From Octopus vulgaris (Eukaryota): a stretch of 64,000 nt of DNA. The stretch lies in contig OX597814.1 of the NCBI GenBank assembly GCA_951406725.2, positions 39,618,001-39,682,000 on the forward strand, written 5' to 3'. The translations under genes were made by a program, and so were the position numbers. Positions 54,878 through 64,000 of the stretch are shown here, one piece after another. Within the stretch, counting starts at the first letter, position 1, and the number at the start of each line of letters is the position of its first letter. The notes under the pieces are model-generated. The model did not search any database, was not told the origin of the DNA, and saw only the letters and a list, made by a program, of their open reading frames with translations.

Positions 54878-55664
54878 ATATATATATATATATATATACA
54901 CACAGAAACATCTTTAATATTCCGTTTTAATTTTGGATGTATTGTCGAAAATATCTCTAAACATCAGTCCATAAGCGGAACATATATTTCAATTAGCTCT
55001 CCTGCTAATTTTTTATTTGATATATTCTTATATTGCTTTTTAAATGTAGAAAAAAAAAACAGCTCTTACATAATTTAGCACAATATCTCTCTCTGAGTAG
55101 AATCCAGTGATCAATTCCTCAAACATATAAATATGACATTTGACATTCAGTAAAATTAACTTAAGTTAATTGCCAAACGGATTTATAACTGTGACATCAC
55201 ACAGAAGAAATGTGTACAAGATATATCATTATACATATATACAATATTTATTCAGCGTCACAGCTAAATGAGCTTCTTCAATAGTTTACTTAGTTCAAAT
55301 TTTGATCCAAGTCAGAATCACTTCAACCGAACTACGTTGAAATACTTTCCAGCCATGGCCATCAGAAAAATGTCTTTTTTCCTTTTGTAATGTTTTTTTT
55401 TCTTTGTTTGGTCACAAAAAGGAAATGCTGTATTTAAATGACAGAAATTAACCTAAAATTCCTTCTACTTAAAATGTAACCAAAACTTTTAGAAATAGCA
55501 GCTAAATCATTTTTAACCCCATTTACTGTCTAAAATAGAAAAAAAAACAAAGAAAAATATTTTAGAGAGAAATAAAAAACAATCTGATTATATTGTAACC
55601 ACATACCTGCATGTTGAGGAACGATGCGAGCTAAACAAGAACAATAACGACTATGATATTAATA

Positions 55665-55845
55665 ATTTTTACTATAGGTATAAAGCCTGAAATGTTGGAG
55701 AAGGGGCAAGTCGATTACATTGACCCCAGGCGACCTCGAAACGACGAAATACATAATCGACCTTAGTAGAGTTAAAACTCAGAGAAGTAAACACGAATGA
55801 AATGCCGCTAAGCATTTTATCCGGTGTGCTAACGATTCTGCCTGC
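55665..55845 (-). mobile_element. SINE family B, degenerate
   Basis: gccgctaagcattttatccggtgtgctaacgattctgcc. Confidence 0.7.
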
Positions 55846-56994
55846 ATATGAACTTGATGGCTATGATGACAATGAAGACAACAACAATACGCTTCTCTAT
55901 TGTTGCAGTTGATTATTAGCTGGTTTTCTTTGACTCATATCTTCGATACAGTAGGATGTGCATTTCCTATATGAATTAACACTATAAAAGACTCTTGTGT
56001 CAAGACAAGTACATTCTGTTAGAGAGTTGTTAGTAAGTAGCAATATAGTCACGTGGCATTTAACTTTATTTTTTTTCTGATTTGTTTTCCTTTTGAATAA
56101 TTAATAAAGGTTCGACGTATTTTTCCACAGCTTAAGGAAATATTATAAAAAGTCTGCTTTATTAATTATGAAAGTCATATATTCTATAATAATCAATTTT
56201 AGAACAACTGTCTCGTGATGATAAAGTAAATAACGTTTATAAGATTTTTAAAGCTGGAGACATAATGTTTATAAAGAACGTTACACCAAAACAAATACTT
56301 GTGAATATTTAACAGAAGTTTGAGTTGATATGAAACAGGTATTCTCAACATATGGGTCATAAACACAATTTTTTAAATTTTAAAATAGTTGATAAAATGG
56401 AAAATGATTATCAATCAATGAATCATAGACATAAGTGATCGAGTATTCATGACAGAGAGAAGCTAATCACTTAATGTTTTCAGATTATGTTGTCGTTATT
56501 GTTGATTGGAATAGTGTTGCTCTTATTCCAGTTTCTTCTTCTGCAGTTGTGATGGTTGTACTAGCTGTATAGTCACAAGTCAGCTCTAATAGAGTATTTA
56601 TAATCAGATTTCAACCATAGATATCCCGTATTTTTTGAGATATTGCCTTTTGATCTTTAGTTAGGTTCCTTAATTTCGAAATAGATGTTTTTCGTAATCT
56701 AATATAGCTACACTATAATTGAAAACTAATATATAAATTAAATAATGTTTCAAACTAATCTTTTTCACACGGTTTCATATTCTTTCATCGCACTTTTAAT
56801 ACACAGACTCACACACATACAAACACGGAGCAAAAGAGAGATACAGAGAAAGATAAAGATGGGGTGAAAGAGATATTATAACACAAAGATTCATTCTTTT
56901 TCCACTACAATCTTAAATATACATAAGTGCCTCTATGTTTGCAAATATGCATATATGTATAACTGATGTATGTTCTCTTCTCTTTGTAATTCTT

Positions 56995-57480
56995 CCCATT
57001 ATTCCTCTGGAGAAGGATCTGGTTTCGAACAAAATACAAAGCTCCATAATTGGTCGGTAGATGTCACACTTTAGACTTGAGAAAAGTCTTGCATATATTT
57101 ACGGCTCCGCTTATAGACAGTATTTGTGTTGGGTGAGTTATTTGGAGGGATTTCTTAAATGAAAACCCCAGCTTAAAATGTTCTCACTTAAGCATTTACT
57201 CACAAACCAATTGCATAAATTTGAATTTATAACCTGGATAAAGAAGCTGGAGATTTTGAAGCAGTTGTTATCATATTTCTCTGTTTTTCAAAGAGATATT
57301 CACATCAGCAGGACAACTGACCTCTATGACGGAACATACGTTTCCTTGTCTGTCCCAAACAGTAAAATCCGACCTGTTATGTTTACACTTGACAGATGAT
57401 TTGATGGGGATGTCGTGCATTTAATTGTGTTGTTTGAATGAAAGGCATGTTTATATATTCTGTAAATCTGGGAAGAAGGG
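56995..57480 (-). mobile_element. R4/Dong-type LINE 3' fragment (same subfamily as 48885-49675)
   Basis: DIPIKSSVKCKHNRSDFTVWDR, VIEVSCPADVNISLK, LLQNLQLLYPGYKFKF and SISGAVNICKTFLK. Confidence 0.8.
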
Positions 57481-57914
57481 AAAACTAAGTGTTCACACAA
57501 ATTTCGAGCTATTAAAGTTTCTTATAATTTTTTTTTGAGTTGTTCCTTTGTGGTGATTTTTTACAATAAAAATGATGTTTACGTTTTCGAATATTCAAGG
57601 GGAAATGAACCAACAGAAAAGGAAGGTAACATTTTTCACAGAAAATTGTAGATATGAAGTTTTTAAAATTTACTGCAGATAATCTTTTGTCTGTCCGAAC
57701 AGCGAAAACTGTAGCGTTCTTGGATTATGAGGATGTTTACATTTTCGAATACTCAGCGGTAAAATAAAAATGATAGGCATTCACAGAAGGTGTAGATAGT
57801 AAATATTTAAAGCTGATTGCTTATTTGCTTAAGAGTTGTAGATATGTAAGTTCCTTAATTTATTTCGAGGGAAATTCAAAATACTCACATGAAACTGTAG
57901 ATATTCCAGTCTTT

Positions 57915-58052
<138 letters not shown>

Positions 58053-59810
58053 GGCAGTGGTCCACAGCCAGCAAATAGAGATGACACTTGATTACTTCTC
58101 ATAGTTCAAGAACCCAGCGCATAATTCTTGTCGTTTCAAACAATGCTGATTTTGTAGGTGTTCCACCTACTCACTTGCACCAATCTTTTTTAAACATCTT
58201 GGTAGCTGAGTGTCGATACTTCCAAGTGCACCATTTACTATTGGTATTACGTCTACCCTACTCATTGACCACAACCTTCGCATTCCCCACGTTAAATCGT
58301 CAAAGTTGTTTATTTTGTTCTTCTTTCACATTTATCCTGATGTCACCGGGTCATGCTATGTCGATTGCCATACTTGTTCTCTCTATTTTATTCACCTCAG
58401 CAATGTCCGGCTTCCGATGTTTGGGCAGCCGATCGCACTGGATCATTGCATACCGCAGGATTTTACAATTCTCATTCTCCTTAATTCCTTCTGAGGTTTT
58501 CTCAGGTCACTTCTTTGCCATTTGTAGGCCGTGATTTCCGCAATGCTCCCAGTGGATCATTCTTACCACATTGCTACGGCGTTATTTTGCATTTATGTTG
58601 TGCTTAGTTCGGACATTCGCTAACAATGTGCCATACCAATAGACAGCTCTCACCACACATTCTCTATTTGTCGGTGTCGTTACGTTTGTCGATTTTGCAG
58701 TTAACATAGTTGATCGTTAAAAATTCCACTTGTGCTGCGCATATGAGTGCTTATATCTCTATCTTCAGGTCACTCCTACTCTTCTATAGCCACCAGTACG
58801 GTATTCTATATCATCTTTTGGAAAAGTACCGTACAATTTTTCTTTCCATGCATATTCCTTTTGGTGTTCATTTCTTTAAATTTTTCTATCATTATATAAT
58901 TTTCCGTTTTGATGACGCCGGCCATCTTTCCATGTTTCAACAATGGATGTACATCATTCTTTATCTATCACTCTTGACTATTTTCCCCATGCTTCCACAC
59001 AGTCCTGGCAATTGAGCAAATGTCTCCCACTCTTTCTTCTGGACAAGTACAACCTATCGGTGTTATTCTTAAGGTGGAATGCTCCGTGTACTGTCAACAT
59101 TTTCATGGTCATTGTATTCAACGTCATAACTTCTCTCTTTTGCCATTTTATAATACCCGGTCCGTACCGAAGTAATGATATCGTCCACGTATTAACTACT
59201 TGGATTGTATTCCGTTTAGCCTGTCTTGAGAGCAACACCAACCTTAATCTTCGGAAATAGTTCACACGCATTTGCTCTTAAACTTTTCCATTTTCGCATT
59301 GAACTATTGATAGTACACCAAAATATTTGTAGCCTTCCATTTCAATTTATTTAATCTAGCCTGTATTCGGTAATTCTATCACTGCTGGGGTTTGTACATT
59401 GCCCCTTTTTAGGTAGATTTTCCCCCACAATATCAGTACTAAATCAGTGGACCGTGGTCGCCAAGGGACTCACTTGTGTCTCATTCTTGCCATTCAGTTT
59501 CAAACCATCCATGCAGATGAGGAGGTTGATTGGTTGGGAATGTCCATTTAGTTGGTACCCCAGGTCCATTATCAAGATCAGGGTTATCATGCAAAGAACA
59601 AAAATCAACGAGGATAAGCTATCACCATAGAAAATATTTCTTCTGATATCCTAGATGTCCAAGCTTTTACCGTAAGATGTTAGTTCACATTTCCACATCA
59701 CCATATTTCTCTCCAGGAAACACCTTACATTTCGCACAAATCCACACAGATCTAAGTCCTCGATAATCGATGAATATTTAATCATATCATACGATATGCG
59801 ATAGTTTTCC
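58053..59810 (-). mobile_element. Decayed R4/Dong-clade LINE
   Basis: IRRNIFYGDSLSS, NTIQVVNTWTISLLRYGPGII, HGAFHLKNNTDRLYLSRRKSGRHL and KSALFETTRIMRWVLE. The 3' end abuts (TAA)n. Confidence 0.9.
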
Positions 59811-59894
59811 AGTCTTCTTCTTCTTCTTCTTGCTGTCATTGTTGTTAGTAGTAGTAGTAGCAGCAGTAGTAGAAGTTAGAGGAGGAGGAAGAGG

Positions 59895-60780
59895 AGTATG
59901 GATCCATACAGTGTAAACAGAGAGATTGTTCAGTGCCTACAACATCGAGCAAAGAATATATATACATCAGTGATCATGATAACCACCACGAAGAAATGAT
60001 CAATCACAGTAACTATCTATTAAGCAACAACTACCCACAAAACATAGTCTACTCCAATTATGAAGAAAAGAAAAGATGAAACTAATAAACTGTTTACAGT
60101 CTGTCTACAATATGTGAAAGGCCTCTACGAAAAGATACAAAAGACATGCAGCCCATATGACATCAGGACAGTATTCAAGAGTAATACAACACTTCTCAAA
60201 TATCTAATTCGGGTAAAACCATGAATAGAAGAGAATATGACCAAAATCTGCTTGTCCTCCATCCCATGCAGCTGTGATAGGTTACACAAAGGCGAAACAT
60301 GCCGCCCCTCAAAATAAGTGTAGAGGAACATCGCAAATCTGTGACACGAGACGTTGATAAATCGGTTATAGCTGGTCATGTATGGAAAAATAGAGACCAC
60401 CTTCCCCTGTTGGGTGAAGTTAAAATAATATACAAAGAATACAACTCAAATAGACGAAAACTTAAAGAAGCAGCACATATGTTAGGACACAACAACCTCC
60501 TAAGCAGACCGAGTGCAAATATGAATAGTATATGGGAACCGGTATTAAGGAAGGATAGGAAAATATTAGATTTATAAGCCCTTAAAATACACTCTATAAT
60601 TGTCTAAGAGCATGTGGCGTAGTGGTTATAATAATAACATCAGCAGCTACAACATCGGAATAAAAACCAAGGATCGAAATTTCCCCAAGACACCTGATGA
60701 AGGTTGGATGATATATCAGCCGAAACGTTGTGTTAACAACAAAAAAAAGTGTTCAAATATCCGTAATTAATGGCCACCTA
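59895..60780 (+). mobile_element. Penelope-like element 3' portion (GIY-YIG endonuclease remnant plus pseudo-LTR)
   Basis: SIPCSCDRLHKGETCRPLK and EEHRK...KSVIAGHVW...RRKLKEAAHM, followed by a hammerhead motif. Confidence 0.85.
60689..60734 (+). ncRNA. Minimal type I hammerhead ribozyme of a Penelope-like element
   Basis: gacac-CTGATGA-a-ggttgg(atgatata)tcagcc-GAAA-CGTT-gtgtt. Palindromic ACGT stem III; predicted cleavage after 60729. Confidence 0.85.
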
Positions 60781-60818
60781 TTTTTTCCAGCAACATCATC
60801 ATCATCATCATCATCATC

Positions 60819-60869
<51 letters not shown>

Positions 60870-61247
60870 TCTTGTAACAGTAGTTGCATCAGCATCAGTT
60901 GCTACAGTAATATCATTGCTATCACCATGGCAGTCATGAGAATATATTAATCGCCTAATACCTGTAATATACTAGTTTCATCTCCTTTCATATATGGGGC
61001 CTTCATAGAAACATATAAAGCAATATTCTTAATACTACTTCACTATCTACACATATATATATTCGATTAGATAATTACGTATTAAGTTGGTCCAACTCCC
61101 TTTAGTGTGTGATCGTTATGTTCAGAAGCCACACTATCATTTTATATAGTATCACGTATTATTTCTTTAATATAACCTACACCGATATTATTTAGGCTAA
61201 GTTAAAATATATATATAAAAATATATCTGAGAAATCTGAACAGATAC

Positions 61248-61261
61248 CACTACTACTGCTG

Positions 61262-61353
<92 letters not shown>
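61248..61353. repeat. (CTA)n microsatellite
   Basis: Direct observation. Confidence 0.95.
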
Positions 61354-61537
61354 GCTTCTGTGTATATTGCTAAACCTTATATTTTATTGATTCCTAAGTA
61401 AAACCAGGTGTTTGTTCTCCATATTCTGAACTGTTTCCTCTTTATCATATTATCATTATTATTATTATTATTTCTTATTCTTGTATACGGTGTCATTAGC
61501 TAGTTTCGATATATTAGTTACCTATCGATCCACGCAT

Positions 61538-61633
<96 letters not shown>

Positions 61634-61666
61634 TGTTTGTATATATGTATATATATATAGTATGTT

Positions 61667-61701
<35 letters not shown>

Positions 61702-61772
61702 ATGTATCTGCATGTATGTAAAACAACATAAATACATATATTCAAATGAATGATTCCCTATATTCATATATC

Positions 61773-61815
<43 letters not shown>

Positions 61816-62122
61816 ACACACAAACTCACATACATGATACCTCTGTGTGTGTGTGTGTGTGTGTGTACATGCAACTGTACATACATATCTTAAAGGAAAC
61901 ATATTCATCGCTATCATAATCAATGAAGAACATAAAGAAGACAGCTATTTTCACTATGTTTTTCACTATGTTTTTCACTCGTGTTCTACTGATGTTTTAT
62001 GGCAATGAAATATAATTTGACAGAAATATATCATTTTTTTTCTCTCTGGCAGAAGTGATTACCATATCGCAACAAATCAAACCTAGATTCCTGTCTGCTG
62101 AGGCAAGTCTACCTCTAGGAAC

Positions 62123-62160
<38 letters not shown>

Positions 62161-62589
62161 TACAGACACTCATACATATACATATATATACCTACACACA
62201 TATGTTTATTTATATATAATGTTTATATTGTAATGTGTGCATCACTTCTATTTATTTTGTAAGTTTAGCGGAGTCTATGTGGGAAAAGTCGAATACCATC
62301 TTACTTTATAAGACGATTTAAGACGCTATCACTCGATATACTCCTTGTAACACCTCTATAGTCTGTTTTGAAAGGTCATAATCATCTGAACATCGAAATA
62401 TCTGAATAAACAACCAGAACGAATGATCCATCGTACTGTAAGATCTGCAGTACGATGGATCACATATTCACTTATGTACCTAATATAGAACGACCGAAAA
62501 ATACAACAATGCTCATGTGTTTTGTTTTCGGTGTTCGATTGCATCCAGATGAATGCGAGGCTGGAATCTCGGGAAATGTACGGTGAGAC

Positions 62590-63500
62590 GTAGTACACCA
62601 AAGTCTTCAAGGATGCGAACTGCATGCACCACTAGTAAGAGTTCCAAGTAGAACGTGCCAGAATGTAAAATATACTTTCTCTCCAAAATTCTTCACCGCA
62701 TGTTTAGAAATGGTTAACAGTGACAATGACTGGGTCGGTGGCGTGAGCATCCATGGCGATCTGATAACACAGCTCTGATTCGCAGATAACATCGTACACC
62801 TCGCCAAAACAGATCAGCTGCAGATGATGGTGACAGAGCTAGACATCCATTGATCAGCAATATGTAAGAAAAGTAATCGCACAGATCCAAAATATACCCA
62901 GTCCGAAAATATACACCAAGGCCAAAAAAGGTGGAAAGCAGTGAAATCAAAGTGGGAAGCGTTGGAATCGAGGAGGTAAAGGAGTACATCGGGTGAGGGC
63001 ACACACTAAATATACACCGGAAGATGGATGCTGAAATGTTGAAAAGAATAAGGACAAGCTGGGTGTTATTTACCTTACTAAAGGATGTTATCAAAGCAAA
63101 GCTGGACAATGCCATACGTACCAGACGCTACAATAGCACCTTCCTACATTCCCTGTCATATGTGAGACGTGATCTAACACGAAGGGAGAGGAACATTGAT
63201 AGGCTACAACGCAAAGGGCCATGGGAAATTTCATGCTAGGAATATCGTTGCGGGAGCATATCTAAAATAAAATAAATGAACAACGGAGTTATGTGAATGT
63301 CATAATCACAGAATACCGAAAAAAACTGTTCTGCTGAGCCGGATATGTACCAAGGTTCATAGACAATAGATGGACACGTGCTATCGCCAACTGGTATTAA
63401 AGAAATAGCAAAATAAACAACTCGGAAGGTGACCACGACGGTGAGAAGATGATTTAGTTCAACGGTTTGGGCTAAGAGGGGGAAAAGAATAGCACAATGA
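62590..63500 (+). mobile_element. Decayed RTE-clade LINE (RT C-terminal region)
   Basis: FSPKFFTACLE, L*FADNIVHLA, EEVKEYI, EMLKRIRTSW and *AGYVPRFIDNRWT. Confidence 0.85.
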
Positions 63501-63544
63501 CGAAAGTGTTGGAAGCACATTGTGATCAGTGATGTCTGTATTTG

Positions 63545-63605
<61 letters not shown>

Positions 63606-63637
63606 ATGGAAAAAGAGAGAGAGAGTGAGAGAGAGAA

Positions 63638-63670
<33 letters not shown>

Positions 63671-64000
63671 AATAAAATGGGAGATAACGATGCATATCAG
63701 CTCGACGAGATACCTTTTATGATGGCCTGTCCTCGATAAAGATTTCAGAGTGTAAGTTAAGATCATTTGAGCACTACCAAGTGTTTTCTATATTGAGCAC
63801 GTCTGGATATCATCTACTGGTTTCCTATCTTACCCCCACCCCGCCCCCCTCTCTCTTCAAGAGATACTGCCTCTCCAAAGCTCTACGGGACATCCGACAA
63901 AATATTACAATATAACTTGTAATTGTAAATTAGAGACTCGTTAACCTGAATATATTTAGAGGGATAGGAGCCTCAGGATAGAAAACCTACCTTCGGCAGG

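Noticed and set aside
57570-57812. Degenerate ~155-bp direct duplication
   Set aside because: Old local duplication with no further structure evident.

Overview
AT-rich, microsatellite-dense eukaryotic non-coding DNA, probably from a cephalopod such as Octopus. That attribution rests on recalled resemblance of the SINE families and is not verified. No intact host protein-coding gene is evident, and almost all listed ORFs are translations of simple repeats. The window is a transposon graveyard: a decayed Ty3/Gypsy pol, several R4/Dong-type (RLE) LINE fragments abutting (TAA)n or (TACA)n arrays, RTE, L1/Tx1, CR1-like and Penelope fragments, two back-to-back non-autonomous Helitrons, mariner and pogo remnants, and many tRNA-derived SINEs. 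The main hidden signal is a set of type I hammerhead ribozyme motifs from several unrelated repeat families. One lies downstream of a Penelope GIY-YIG remnant (60689-60734). Three lie in a non-coding foldback/tandem element (3281-4830), where two tandem copies could excise a 377-nt retrozyme-like RNA. Further intact or decayed copies occur at about 3006, 6209, 45396, 49863 and 54305.
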